A stretch of 43,352 nt of DNA from Candidatus Eisenbergiella intestinigallinarum (GTDB lineage Bacteria > Bacillota > Clostridia > Lachnospirales > Lachnospiraceae), in contig DWVS01000020.1 in NCBI GenBank assembly GCA_019120115.1, forward strand, positions 1-43,352. Direction: 5' to 3'. Shown piece after piece: positions 1 to 10,021 of the stretch (positions within the stretch are counted from its first letter, which is position 1; each line of letters begins with the position of its first letter). The notes below the pieces were generated by a model that saw only the letters and a list, made by a program, of their open reading frames with translations, was not told the DNA's origin and did no database searches. The position numbers were made by a program, and so were the translations under genes.

Positions 1-776
1 TCCTGTATGAAGGACGACAGCACAGAAGAGCCGGCCGTGAATCTCTGGACTGTGCCTATATGCTCACAGAACTGGCTGATATGGGCGTGGATAATTTCAT
101 CACCTTCGATGCCCACGATCCCAGAGTGCAGAATGCGACGCCTCTGCATGGCTTTGATAACTTCACCCCTCCCTATCAGTTCATCCGTGCCCTTCTGGAT
201 GTGGAGGATGATCTGATCATCGATAAGGATCATGTCACGGTCATCAGCCCTGATGAAGGAGCGCTGGACCGCGCTGTCTATTTCGGCAATGTGCTCGGCG
301 TGAACACGGGTATGTTCTATAAGAGACGCGACTATTCCGTCATCGTTAATGGAAAAAATCCCATCGTTGCCCATGAGTTCCTGGGTGACAATATTGAGGG
401 CAGAGACGTCATCATCATCGACGATATGATTTCCTCCGGAGAAAGCATGCTGGATACCTCGAGACAGCTTAAGGAGATGAAGGCAAAACGTGTATTCATC
501 TGCTGTACCTTCGGCCTGTTCACCAACGGCCTGGATGCCTTTGACAAGGCCTACGAAAAAGGCTGGTTTGACCGGGTAATCACGACCAATCTCACCTGGC
601 AGCCGCCGGAGCTGTATCAGCGCCCTTACTATACAGAAGCGGACATGAGCAAGTTTATGGCTTCCATCATCGATTTCATGAATCATGATGTATCCATGGC
701 CCATGTAATGACCCCGACGGAAAAGATCAATGCGATTCTTGCGAAATACAACCGTCGTGAGGAATATCACATCTGA
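1..776 (+). CDS. prs: Ribose-phosphate pyrophosphokinase, 5'-truncated by window edge
   Basis: Frame is open from position 3 (LYEGRQHRRAGRESLDCAYMLTELAD...). Contains FDAH, ISPDEGA, YKRRDY and the PRPP-binding IIIDDMISSGES motif. Confidence 0.93.
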   Translation, partial: LYEGRQHRRAGRESLDCAYMLTELADMGVDNFITFDAHDPRVQNATPLHGFDNFTPPYQFIRALLDVEDDLIIDKDHVTVISPDEGALDRAVYFGNVLGVNTGMFYKRRDYSVIVNGKNPIVAHEFLGDNIEGRDVIIIDDMISSGESMLDTSRQLKEMKAKRVFICCTFGLFTNGLDAFDKAYEKGWFDRVITTNLTWQPPELYQRPYYTEADMSKFMASIIDFMNHDVSMAHVMTPTEKINAILAKYNRREEYHI

Positions 777-830
777 AAAACAGACGATTCGTTAATAAGG
801 CTGTGTGCCTGCACTTCCAGGCACTGCCTG

Positions 831-872
831 AAAAAGCGCCTCCCATGATTTCTCATGAGGAAGCGCTTTTTT
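831..872. terminator. Bidirectional intrinsic terminator between convergent prs and the histidine kinase
   Basis: AAAAAGCGC-CTCCCATGA-tttc-TCATGAGGAA-GCGCTTTTTT imperfect inverted repeat with A and T tails. Confidence 0.7.
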
Positions 873-922
873 GTCCGGCGACACACCATTCCACTGTAAC
901 GTGTTCCAAACCGCCTGAACCG

Positions 923-3535
923 TTATGCTTTCTCTTCTTCCATGCGGGGGAAAGTCAGGATCACCTTAAAAAGATCGCCGTCCAGGTAGATATCGAATTT
1001 TCCGTTCTGAAGCTCCGTCAGATTTTTGGCAATGGAGAGGCCAAGGCCGCTGCCTTCCGTGCTTCGCGACACATCTCCCCGGATAAAGCGTTCCGTCAGT
1101 TCATCCGCATTGATGTTCAAGGGCTGTGCGGAGATGTTCTTCATGGAGAAAACCGCCATTTTCTGCCCGTTTTCTGTCCGTTCCACCAGATCCAGATAAA
1201 CTCTGGTTCCTTCCAGCGCATATTTATATACGTTTCCAAACAGATTTTCCACCACACGCCAGATTCTTCTGCTGTCCGCCTCAATATAAACCGGCCGCTC
1301 CGGCATAACCGGAATCACCTGCAGACATTTCTCTTCCATTTTTTCAGTAAACTCACCGATTGTCTGATTGATCAGCTCCACAAAATTGATGCGCTCCAGC
1401 TGAAGGGAAATATTTCCGGAAGAGATCTTGGATGCCTCCACCAGATCGTCTGTAAGCTGCTTGAGTCTCTGAGACTTTGCGTCCAGTACCTCAATATAAC
1501 TGCGGATCCTTTCATCCGTAATGTCCTCCCGCTTCAGAAGCTTGACGAAATTGATGATACTGGTCAGCGGTGTCTTGATATCATGGGAAACATTGGTGAT
1601 CAGATCGGCCTTCAGCCGCTCATCCTTCATGCTGGTTGCCACCGCATCCTGAATACCGTCCCCAATACTGTTCACTGCCTCCGCCAGTGCGCGGTTCTCC
1701 CCATGCATACGGGCAGTATCGATTTTGGCATCAAATCTGCCCCCGCCGATGGTCTGTGTCCCTTCTACGATGCTCTGCAGATCCTTTCTTTCCAGATAGA
1801 GCAGGCAGCCTGCCGCCACATCCACGATTCCCGCCGCCAGAATTCCCAGCGGTCCTCCAAGGAATCCCATGCAGAGATTGAACAGGACTATCACAAAAAA
1901 CGGAATCAGCTCCCGGCTCACAATACTGCTGTGCTCATACAGGCTGACAGCCGTTTTCCGCAGCAGTCTTCCCAGTTTCCACACCAATGCACCTCTCCAG
2001 AACATGTGCGCCTTCAGCCTGCGCACCAGACTCAGATAAAGAGCAACACCTGCCCAGTCCAGAATGAATACCATCACTGCCGCAGCTACGGCCAGCAGAA
2101 ACGGGTCCACCTCCTCTCCAAGAAAACTGTACTCTTCATAACGAACGATTCTTCCGAAGGCAATGGCGAGCGCCGCCATACATCCCGCTGTCAGAGCCAT
2201 CGCCGCCGCAAGGAACTCCGTAGGAATCCGGTCGCCTCTCCGAAGGATGATTACATAACCGTCCCCATCCTCCTTCATTCTTCTTCCCTCATATATGGTC
2301 AGAACCACCAGAATCCAGGCCGCAAGGATAACCGCAAGCGCTCCCGCTCCTACGGTCTGCCAGTAATAGGGCATGAACCGCATGAAGGCATTTCTCGCGC
2401 GGGCAAGGCTGTCATCCGCCGGGTAGGAAGTATCCACACCGATCCATACCCGGGAACCTTCCTCGAAGGCATATTCATAGAAACCCAGAAACGAACGGAT
2501 TTCTTCCGTCGTCATATTCGTGTTGGTCTGCAGCTCCACCTGGTCCGGATTATAGTAAAGATTCCTTCCGTATGCGGAGAAATATTCCGTAATCTCCTCC
2601 TCTTTCATACCGGTAAAGTCCGCTGACACATTGGTGAAAAGAATGCTTTCTCCGTCCACCTGCATCTGATAGCAGTAACGGATGTTCGACCGTTCCTCAC
2701 TGTAATAGTTCTTGAAACTGCTGTATTCCGTAAAGTTGTAACAGAGCTGGTTTCCCGCGTCCACCAGCGTATTGCGCAGGGTTATGTATTCATCCAGGCT
2801 GGAGGCATAGTCTGCGAGATCGCATCCGTCGGCCGAATAATATCTGGGAACCAGAATGTCTACGGCGAGCACCGAGGTGGTATCGAGCTCTTCTCCATTC
2901 TCTCCCGCGCGCTCCAGCCAGGCTTCCATGGAATCCGGCATCTCTGCAATGATACGCAGACTCAGAAGATCCGTTCCGGCAGCCTGCACCGAATTCTTAA
3001 TGGCCTGTCTGGTCAGCTCCGACTGCAGGCTGTAATCTCCGATGCTCAGATCACTGTCCTCCGCATTCTTTCCCATGCCAGTGGCAAAATACTGATCAAA
3101 TTCTTCCTGTGTCCCGTAAACCGTCTCATAGCTGAAGCCATAGTTGCTCCACTTCACCAGGTCGTCCAGATAATACTCCGCCGTAATCACTTCTTCATCC
3201 AGCGTATTGGTCCGGTTCACGTATTCCGCAATGTCAATCCGTTTCTTTCCATCATAGGCACCGTTCGTTTCCAGCTGGCTGCGGATGACCGCCATTCTGG
3301 TCACATCCCTGACATCTCTGGAAAAGATGTCGTCAAAAATCTCCGACTCCTCAAAAAGAGTTTTCTGCGCGAGAGGTGAGACAAAGTAGCTGGCCGTTCC
3401 GTCCGCTCCCTCCACCGTGATGAATGAGTTGGCGAAAACGGCAGCCGCACAGCCGGCCGCAACGGCACTCATCAATACAGCCAGAAACAGCAGTACCGCT
3501 CTCTTTCCCTTTCCCATTACGCGCTTTGTGCTCAT
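923..3535 (-). CDS. Membrane sensor histidine kinase with large extracytoplasmic domain
   Basis: H-box ITNVSHDIKTPLTSI, N-box ENLFGNVYKY, F/G2 boxes ERFIRGD..GSGLGLSIA. N-terminal TM plus several internal TMs. ATG at 3535 follows AAGGAGA (the ORF track starts at GTG 3568). Confidence 0.93.
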   Translation of the reverse strand: MSTKRVMGKGKRAVLLFLAVLMSAVAAGCAAAVFANSFITVEGADGTASYFVSPLAQKTLFEESEIFDDIFSRDVRDVTRMAVIRSQLETNGAYDGKKRIDIAEYVNRTNTLDEEVITAEYYLDDLVKWSNYGFSYETVYGTQEEFDQYFATGMGKNAEDSDLSIGDYSLQSELTRQAIKNSVQAAGTDLLSLRIIAEMPDSMEAWLERAGENGEELDTTSVLAVDILVPRYYSADGCDLADYASSLDEYITLRNTLVDAGNQLCYNFTEYSSFKNYYSEERSNIRYCYQMQVDGESILFTNVSADFTGMKEEEITEYFSAYGRNLYYNPDQVELQTNTNMTTEEIRSFLGFYEYAFEEGSRVWIGVDTSYPADDSLARARNAFMRFMPYYWQTVGAGALAVILAAWILVVLTIYEGRRMKEDGDGYVIILRRGDRIPTEFLAAAMALTAGCMAALAIAFGRIVRYEEYSFLGEEVDPFLLAVAAAVMVFILDWAGVALYLSLVRRLKAHMFWRGALVWKLGRLLRKTAVSLYEHSSIVSRELIPFFVIVLFNLCMGFLGGPLGILAAGIVDVAAGCLLYLERKDLQSIVEGTQTIGGGRFDAKIDTARMHGENRALAEAVNSIGDGIQDAVATSMKDERLKADLITNVSHDIKTPLTSIINFVKLLKREDITDERIRSYIEVLDAKSQRLKQLTDDLVEASKISSGNISLQLERINFVELINQTIGEFTEKMEEKCLQVIPVMPERPVYIEADSRRIWRVVENLFGNVYKYALEGTRVYLDLVERTENGQKMAVFSMKNISAQPLNINADELTERFIRGDVSRSTEGSGLGLSIAKNLTELQNGKFDIYLDGDLFKVILTFPRMEEEKA

Positions 3536-3580
3536 TTGTCTCTCCTTCCCGGCCCCTCTTCTCCTCACCGGCCGCTCTGA

Positions 3581-4273
3581 TTACTGTTTTTCAATCTTAT
3601 AGCCCACGCCCCAGACCACCTTCAGATAACGGGGCTCCTTCGGATTGATCTCGATCTTTTCCCGGATATGCCGGATGTGTACCGCCACCGTATTGTCAGC
3701 GCCGATCGCCTCCTCTTCCCAGATGCTCTCGTAGATCTGATTGATGGAAAACACCCGGCCCTGATTCTTTACCAGGAGAAGAAGGATGTTATATTCAATC
3801 GGCGTCAGCTTCACCGGCTCATCGTCCACCGTCACCTCCTTGGTGTCGTCGTTGATGACAAGACCGCCCGCACGGAAAATCGCGTTGTTTTCCGTATTAA
3901 GATTTCCAAGCTGGGTATACCTGCGCAGATGCGACTTCACCCGCGCCACCAGCTCCAGCGGATTAAAGGGCTTGGTCACATAATCATCCGCTCCGATGTT
4001 CAGTCCCAGAATCTTGTCTGCGTCCTCCGACTTGGCTGACAGAATAATGATCGGGATACTGCTGTATTCCCGAATCTTCAGCGTGGCATGGATGCCGTCC
4101 AGCTTCGGCATCATCACGTCTATGATCATCAGATGCACATCATTCGTCTTCAGCGCGGCAATCGCCTGCTCCCCGTCATACGCCTTGATCACATGATAGC
4201 CTTCCTGAGCCAGATAAATCTCAATCGCCTCCACGATCTCCCTGTCGTCGTCACACACCAGAATATTCGTCAT
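3581..4273 (-). CDS. OmpR/PhoB-family response regulator
   Basis: Receiver ILVCDDD...IIDVMMP..DG...ADDYVTKPF. Winged helix LTPIEY...NTVAVHIRHIREKIE...VWGVGYK. Confidence 0.95.
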   Translation of the reverse strand: MTNILVCDDDREIVEAIEIYLAQEGYHVIKAYDGEQAIAALKTNDVHLMIIDVMMPKLDGIHATLKIREYSSIPIIILSAKSEDADKILGLNIGADDYVTKPFNPLELVARVKSHLRRYTQLGNLNTENNAIFRAGGLVINDDTKEVTVDDEPVKLTPIEYNILLLLVKNQGRVFSINQIYESIWEEEAIGADNTVAVHIRHIREKIEINPKEPRYLKVVWGVGYKIEKQ

Positions 4274-4537
4274 CTTCCGTATCTCCTCTATATCTATAAG
4301 TAAAACACAGTTCTTTTAATAATCCGAAAAGGAACTCTGTATTTTTTCTTAATTTTTCGCAACAGTTCAGGCCGGCGGGAAAAAGTGGGGGCAGGCAGGC
4401 GTTAAGCTTGCTTAAAAGCCCGCCTGTACCCACTTTTTCACATCGGATGAACATCCGATGCTTCCTGCCAGGCCTTGGCCTGGCAGGAAGATGCGCCACC
4501 GCCTCTGCGCCGCCGTCCTGAACAGATAGAACTGAAA

Positions 4538-6475
4538 CTAACCTTCGTCCGCCAGCAGCCTACCGCTGCACATTGGCCGGATCGTTCTCTCCACCAAGAT
4601 CTGGAACACCTCCGCACCTCCCCGTTCTCTCAGCGCGTTCATCAGAAATCCCTTTCCTCCCGTGTCAAGGAAAGTATCCAGTCCTTCCAGAATCACGTCC
4701 CTGCCCGGCGTCTCATCCCAGACCGCTTCCAGCCGCTCTGCGTTTCTGCCGTCAAAGTACAGATTCAGCTTTCTTCTGCAGGCCTCCTCCAGAAAAGCGA
4801 TGTCCAGCTTCAGGACCGGCCTGCCGTTTTCATCCCGCCTGCATTCGGCAGACACACCCAGCCGGTAAAGCTCGCCGCCGAAGGAAACCTCTGTCTCAGC
4901 AGCCTGTCCAAAGCCCACGGGAAGCACCTTCTCCTCTTCTCCCTCGAGGAACTTCAGATGCAGAACCCCACCGCGCATTTCAAATCCCACCGACCGGATT
5001 CCATCCGTATAATTGTTGTGAAGGACCTGCATCAAAAGCGGCATCAGTCCTACATGCTTCTGCTCCATTTCATAGACTCTGCCGTCAAGAAGAGGCAGAA
5101 AGCCCTCCCGCATCCAGCTTTCCTGATGCAGGATTGCGGCGGGCGGACCTCCCTCCCCGCAGCCTGGCTCCGCTTCCCTTTTCATTCTTCGGCCGCAGGC
5201 CCTTCTCGTTCTTCCGTTTTTTCGGCCTACCCGGCCGGCACGCAGGCCAGAGTTCCAGCCGCCTTCCCGGATCCTGCCCATTCCGTTCTGCCTTCCCTCC
5301 AGCTCCTCCACCGTCCGGCACAGGAGGCTGAAGCCTGCCGGATCTTCCGGAAGCGCTTCCGGCGGGTTGAAGTCCGTTTCAAAATACTTTTTCACAACGC
5401 CCATCAGCTCGCAGTTCTGAAACAGGTCATGGCTTCCCGCATTGGTCACCACCACCAGGTTCATATCCGGATAGGCAACCACATTCTGCCCCAGCATGCC
5501 GTTGTAGTTAAACGAGCCCTCCCTGCTTCCCATCCAGAGCTGATAGCCGTAGCCGTGGGTACTCATCACCTCCGGTGCCTGCGCGCTGGGCTGACAGGAT
5601 GCTTTCACCCATTCAGCCGGAACGAGCTGCCGCCCGTTCCAGCTACCCTTCTGCAGATAAAGCATACCGAGCTTTGCGGCGTCCTCCGGGCGGAGGAACA
5701 GCCCCCAGCCGCCCTTGGTGATTCCCATGGGACAGGTCTCCCAGAAAATCCGCGCAATTCCCAGCGGCTCCCACAGCCTCGGCCGCAGATACTCCATCAG
5801 CGTCTCCCCGGTCAGTTCCGTCACAATGGCGGACAACATGTAGGTATTCATGCTGTTATATTCGAAATCCTTTCCCGGCGTACCGGAAAGCCCTGCCTCC
5901 AGGAAACCGTGCACCCAGTCGTTCCCGGCGATGATCCCCGTTTCCCGGAACCCCACGCCGCTGGTCATGGTGAGCAGATGCTCCACCGTAACCTCTCTCA
6001 TGCGAAGAAGGTTCAGCGGGTTTTTTTTTCGGAAAAAGTCGATCACCCGGTCCGTTAACGCAAGCCGGCCTTCTGCCATAAGCATCCCTACCGCCATACC
6101 GACGATGCTTTTGCACATGGAATAGCTGGCATGCCACATTCCTCTTTGGTATGGCGCAAAACCGCACTCGCAGATCACATGGCCATTCCTTACGATCAGC
6201 ACCTGATGGATGTCCGTATTTTTCTTTCCCGCAAGCTCCTTTAAGAAATGAGTCAGATATACCGAAGAAATTCCCTGTCTCTCCGGAACAGCCCGCGGGA
6301 GAGAGAGTTCTCTGTACGCCTGCTCCTCTTTCGCCTCCTGCACCGGTACAGAATCGTCGAAAGCAGGTTTCTGAGGAAAGAAGTCCGTCCGGCTCACATT
6401 TCCCGTTTTCCCCGCAATCAGATTCCAGATCAGTTCCGCCACCGCAATATCCGTTTTCGCCATGTCACTCTCCAT
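4538..6475 (-). CDS. Serine hydrolase, beta-lactamase class C/AmpC-like family, with C-terminal extension
   Basis: SxxK (YSMCKS), LLTMTSG, PG..FEYNS (YxS), LWEPLGI, YGYQLW, GMLGQ. Confidence 0.85.
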   Translation of the reverse strand: MESDMAKTDIAVAELIWNLIAGKTGNVSRTDFFPQKPAFDDSVPVQEAKEEQAYRELSLPRAVPERQGISSVYLTHFLKELAGKKNTDIHQVLIVRNGHVICECGFAPYQRGMWHASYSMCKSIVGMAVGMLMAEGRLALTDRVIDFFRKKNPLNLLRMREVTVEHLLTMTSGVGFRETGIIAGNDWVHGFLEAGLSGTPGKDFEYNSMNTYMLSAIVTELTGETLMEYLRPRLWEPLGIARIFWETCPMGITKGGWGLFLRPEDAAKLGMLYLQKGSWNGRQLVPAEWVKASCQPSAQAPEVMSTHGYGYQLWMGSREGSFNYNGMLGQNVVAYPDMNLVVVTNAGSHDLFQNCELMGVVKKYFETDFNPPEALPEDPAGFSLLCRTVEELEGRQNGMGRIREGGWNSGLRAGRVGRKNGRTRRACGRRMKREAEPGCGEGGPPAAILHQESWMREGFLPLLDGRVYEMEQKHVGLMPLLMQVLHNNYTDGIRSVGFEMRGGVLHLKFLEGEEEKVLPVGFGQAAETEVSFGGELYRLGVSAECRRDENGRPVLKLDIAFLEEACRRKLNLYFDGRNAERLEAVWDETPGRDVILEGLDTFLDTGGKGFLMNALRERGGAEVFQILVERTIRPMCSGRLLADEG

Positions 6476-6503
6476 TCCGCAGCGTCAGAAACAGGACCAG
6501 TCT

Positions 6504-7394
6504 CTAACACTCCTTTTTCAGCATGACAAACATGCCCAGATTGCCCCTCTTCCCTCCGCTCGCCCGATGGGAAAACAAACGGTCCGGATTGCAGCAGGTG
6601 CACACATCCGTCACGCTGATGTGCTGCGGCTGAATGCCTGCCGAAAGACAGACCGCCTCGTTGGCCTTCCAGAGATCCAGCTGATATTTCCCGTTCCCCT
6701 TTGCAGACAGCACATCGTGAAGCCGGATGGAAAGATTCTGAAAGCCCTCCTCCGAAAAAAGCATCCGGAAGGCATCCGCCACATCTTCACTCACCTCATA
6801 GCAGTCCCGGCAGATGGAAGGTCCGATTCCCACGAGAAGATCTTCCGGCCGGCTTCCAAAGGCCTTGCGCATGGCCTCCGCCGTTCTCGCTCCCATCCCC
6901 TGTGCCGTTCCCCTCCAGCCGGAATGGGACAGTCCCACCGCACGCCGCACGGGATCCACAAACAGAAGCGGCACACAGTCCGCGTAAAAAGTAGCGAGCG
7001 CGATCCCCGGCTCATTGGTGATCAGCCCGTCCACATCGGAAAAATCCTTCGGGCGCACAACGCCCTTCCCCTTATCCGCTGATGTCACCAGGCGGATGTT
7101 GGTGGTATGGGTCTGATCGGAGCTGACAATGTCCTCGGGCCTGCAGCCAAGCAGCGCGGCTGCCCGCCGGAAATTTTCCTCCACATTTTCCTTTCTGTCC
7201 CCCCGGGAAAAACTCAGATTCATGCTCCACAGATCGCCTTCACTGACGCCGCCCGCGCGCATGGTCATCAGATGGCTTACCATGCCGGTTTCGCTGATGG
7301 CCGGAAAGGTCAGATATTCCGCTCCATTTTTCCGGGAAAGCGCCATTCCCGGCCGGATTCCCGCCTTTCTTTTCAGTCCGTCCTTCTTCTCCAT
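6504..7394 (-). CDS. pgeF: PgeF/YfiH-family purine nucleoside phosphorylase (peptidoglycan editing factor)
   Basis: R.GGVS....SMNL, QTH, DGLIT, YADCVP, HSGWRG, GPSI..CYEV, CTCC...FSHR. Confidence 0.92.
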   Translation of the reverse strand: MEKKDGLKRKAGIRPGMALSRKNGAEYLTFPAISETGMVSHLMTMRAGGVSEGDLWSMNLSFSRGDRKENVEENFRRAAALLGCRPEDIVSSDQTHTTNIRLVTSADKGKGVVRPKDFSDVDGLITNEPGIALATFYADCVPLLFVDPVRRAVGLSHSGWRGTAQGMGARTAEAMRKAFGSRPEDLLVGIGPSICRDCYEVSEDVADAFRMLFSEEGFQNLSIRLHDVLSAKGNGKYQLDLWKANEAVCLSAGIQPQHISVTDVCTCCNPDRLFSHRASGGKRGNLGMFVMLKKEC

Positions 7395-7397
7395 ATT

Positions 7398-7751
7398 CTA
7401 CCTCATATAGTCAAAAGCATTCTGATACCAGTTCACACGCTCCGCACAGACCGCGATTACGTCAAACCGTACCGGAACGCTTTCTCCATAGTGTTTCCGA
7501 TATAAATAATACTTCGCCGTCCGGCAGATCCTTCGCTGCTTGGGCGTTCCAACGGCCTCCGCCGGAAGGCCCGCATCCGCATTTTTCCGGTACTTCACCT
7601 CAAAAAAGACCAGATATTCCCCGTCCCGGCCGATCAGATCGATCTCGCCCTGACGGCACCGGAAATTTCTTTCCAGGATCCGGACGCCCTTTTTCTTCAG
7701 AAAAACGGCCGCCGCTTCCTCATATGCCGCTCCGATTTCCCTTTTGTTCAC
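7398..7751 (-). CDS. yraN: YraN/UPF0102 family endonuclease-like protein
   Basis: G..YE..A..FL..KG..IL.RNFRC..GEIDLI...LVFFEVKYR...RFDVIAV. Confidence 0.9.
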   Translation of the reverse strand: MNKREIGAAYEEAAAVFLKKKGVRILERNFRCRQGEIDLIGRDGEYLVFFEVKYRKNADAGLPAEAVGTPKQRRICRTAKYYLYRKHYGESVPVRFDVIAVCAERVNWYQNAFDYMR

Positions 7752-7762
7752 TGCCGCCTCCC

Positions 7763-8551
7763 TTAAGCTGTGAAATGTCCGATAAAGCTCCTCCTGTGAA
7801 TGGGACAGGGGCCATATTTCTTCAACGCCTCAATGTGAGCTGCCGCGCCGTAGCCCTTATGGGCGGCAAAGCCGTACTGGGGAAAAACGGCGTCATACTT
7901 TTCCATCAGCCTGTCCCTGGTGACCTTTGCAACGATACTGGCCGCCGCGATGGAGGCGCTCTTCGCATCCCCCTTGATAATCGGAACCTGTTGTATGGCA
8001 ACGCCCGGTATGGTAACCGCATCGTTTAGCAGAACAGACGGCCTGACGGAAAGCTGCGAAATGGCGTCGCGCATGGCCTCGTAGGTAGCCTGCAGAATGT
8101 TGATCTCATCGATCCGCTCCGGGGAAGCGTACCCCACCCCGACAGCGACGGCCTCCTGCATGATCACCTCATACAGCTCCTCCCGCTTCTTTGCGGACAG
8201 CTTCTTGGAATCGTTCAGGTACAGGATTTCCTTTTCCGGCAGAATCACCGCCCCCGCCACCACCGGGCCTGCCAGCGGGCCTCTGCCTGCCTCGTCGATT
8301 CCGCAGACAGGACCTTTCCCGCCATATTCCCGCTCGAAGCGCTTCATTTCCCACATCCGCTCCCGCTCCTTCCAAAGAGCGTTCAGCTGCTTTTCGGCCC
8401 GTTTCAAAAGTGCCTGTACGCCTGCACGCTCATCCTCCCGGTAACGGGCCATCAGCTCCTGCAGCGCTTCTGTCTCCTGCCGTCCGGTCAGTTCTTCCTG
8501 CGCCTTTTCAAACTCTTTTCTGATCTCCTGTATGCCCATTTTCATCCCCAT
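7763..8551 (-). CDS. rnhB: Ribonuclease HII
   Basis: GIDEAGRGPLAGPV, LNDSKKLS, IKGDAKS.SIAAASIVAKVTRD, HKGYG, HRRSF. Confidence 0.96.
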   Translation of the reverse strand: MGMKMGIQEIRKEFEKAQEELTGRQETEALQELMARYREDERAGVQALLKRAEKQLNALWKERERMWEMKRFEREYGGKGPVCGIDEAGRGPLAGPVVAGAVILPEKEILYLNDSKKLSAKKREELYEVIMQEAVAVGVGYASPERIDEINILQATYEAMRDAISQLSVRPSVLLNDAVTIPGVAIQQVPIIKGDAKSASIAAASIVAKVTRDRLMEKYDAVFPQYGFAAHKGYGAAAHIEALKKYGPCPIHRRSFIGHFTA

Positions 8552-8552
8552 T

Positions 8553-9092
8553 TTACTGATGCTTCAGGACTCCGATTTTATTCAGAGGCCAGATGCGCAC
8601 CCACGCCTTACCGACAATATCGTCTCTGTGGATGTTTCCCACGCTGGCATCCCGGCTGTCCGAGCTATTGTTACGGTTATCTCCAAGCACGAAATATTCA
8701 TCCTCTCCCAGCGTGATCGGCTCCGCCGCAAGCCCCGGGAACAGAATGGGTTCCAGCCCGTAGTCCTCTTCCAGAATCTCTCCGTTGATATAAATATTTC
8801 CTTCCAGATCGATCTGTACGGTCTCTCCCGGCAGCCCGATGATCCGCTTCACATAGTAAGTATTTTCCTCATACTGAAAGGGAAATACAATAATATCGAA
8901 CCGCTCGGGTTCTGAAAAATGATAGGTCAGCTTATCCATGATCAGCTGGTCTCCATGATGAAGCGTCGGTTCCATGGAGCTTCCGCTCACAGACGTCCGC
9001 TGCCCCACAAAGGTGATGATCAGCCAGGTGCCGAGAAGCACCACCAGAATATAAAGGATCGTGCTGAAAACTTCCTTCAATGCTCTTTTCAT
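8553..9092 (-). CDS. lepB: Signal peptidase I (copy 1)
   Basis: N-terminal TM, catalytic Ser in VSGSSMEPTL, Lys in YVKRIIGLPG, GDNRNNSSDSR. Confidence 0.94.
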   Translation of the reverse strand: MKRALKEVFSTILYILVVLLGTWLIITFVGQRTSVSGSSMEPTLHHGDQLIMDKLTYHFSEPERFDIIVFPFQYEENTYYVKRIIGLPGETVQIDLEGNIYINGEILEEDYGLEPILFPGLAAEPITLGEDEYFVLGDNRNNSSDSRDASVGNIHRDDIVGKAWVRIWPLNKIGVLKHQ

Positions 9093-9970
9093 TTTGTTTC
9101 GCCTTCTTCCGTCAGTTTCTTTTCTACCGTCTCCGGCCTTTCCAGGGAAATCCGGCCCAGCCGTCCGGCGCGGAAATCCTCCATGATCAGGGCGGAGGCA
9201 CGGGAAAGATCCGCCTCGCCGCCCTTTTTGATACAGCCCCGTCTCTTCGCTGCCGCCTCCAGCACCTGTACCGGGGTCAGACCGCCCTCACAGGCATAGC
9301 GCTCTGTCAGACTGTCCGGATAAAATCTTTGCAGAAATTCGATCAGACTGAGCGCCAGCTCTTCCATCACAATGATTTCATCGTTCATGGAACCGATAAA
9401 GGCAAGGTGCATACCCACCTGCTGATCCTCAAACTTCGGCCAGAGAATGCCTGGCGTATCCAGAAGCTCCAGCTCCTTATTCAGCCGGATCCACTGCTTT
9501 CCCTTCGTCACACCGGGACGGTTTCCTGTCTTCGTACAGGCCTTCCCTGCAAAAGAATTGATGAAGGTGGATTTTCCCACATTGGGGATTCCCGCCACCA
9601 TTGCCCGCACAGGCCGGTTCTGAATCCCCCTCTTTCTGTCTCTCTCAATCTTCTGGCTGCAGACCTCACGCACCGCATTCTGAATCTGCTTCATGCCCTG
9701 TCCGGTCTGCGCGTTGATTTCCAGCGCCTTCACGCCCTGTCCTTCAAACCAGCTGATCCACTCCCGGTTCACTGCCGGATCCGCCAGATCGGCCTTGTTT
9801 AAAAGCACCAGCCGCGCCTTCTGTCTTCCCAGGCTGTCAATATCCGGATTCCTGCTTCCAAGCGGCATCCTGGCGTCCACCAGCTCGATGATCAGATCGA
9901 TCAGCCGGATATCCTCCTGCATCGCCCGTTTCGCCTTTGTCATATGGCCCGGGTACCATTGATAATTCAT
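9089..9970 (-). CDS. rbgA: Ribosome biogenesis GTPase RbgA/YlqF
   Basis: QWYPGHM, DARMP, NKADL, GIPNVGKS, PGVTKG.QW, LLDTPGILWPKF. ATG 9970 follows AAGGGG. Confidence 0.96.
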   Translation of the reverse strand: MNYQWYPGHMTKAKRAMQEDIRLIDLIIELVDARMPLGSRNPDIDSLGRQKARLVLLNKADLADPAVNREWISWFEGQGVKALEINAQTGQGMKQIQNAVREVCSQKIERDRKRGIQNRPVRAMVAGIPNVGKSTFINSFAGKACTKTGNRPGVTKGKQWIRLNKELELLDTPGILWPKFEDQQVGMHLAFIGSMNDEIIVMEELALSLIEFLQRFYPDSLTERYACEGGLTPVQVLEAAAKRRGCIKKGGEADLSRASALIMEDFRAGRLGRISLERPETVEKKLTEEGETK

Positions 9971-10021
9971 TTCTACCCCTTTTCCCGCTGCCGCAGGCAG
10001 CATTTTAATCGTGCTCCTCTG

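Noticed and set aside
803-2626. 607-aa plus-strand ORF
   Set aside because: Antisense shadow of the histidine kinase. No recognisable motifs or RBS, and it starts across a terminator.
6021-6029. A9 homopolymer in the serine hydrolase coding strand (possible phase variation)
   Set aside because: In frame (RKKN) and short. No evidence of slippage from a single sequence.
4475-6058. 527-aa plus-strand ORF
   Set aside because: Antisense shadow of the serine hydrolase, with composition typical of a non-coding reverse frame.
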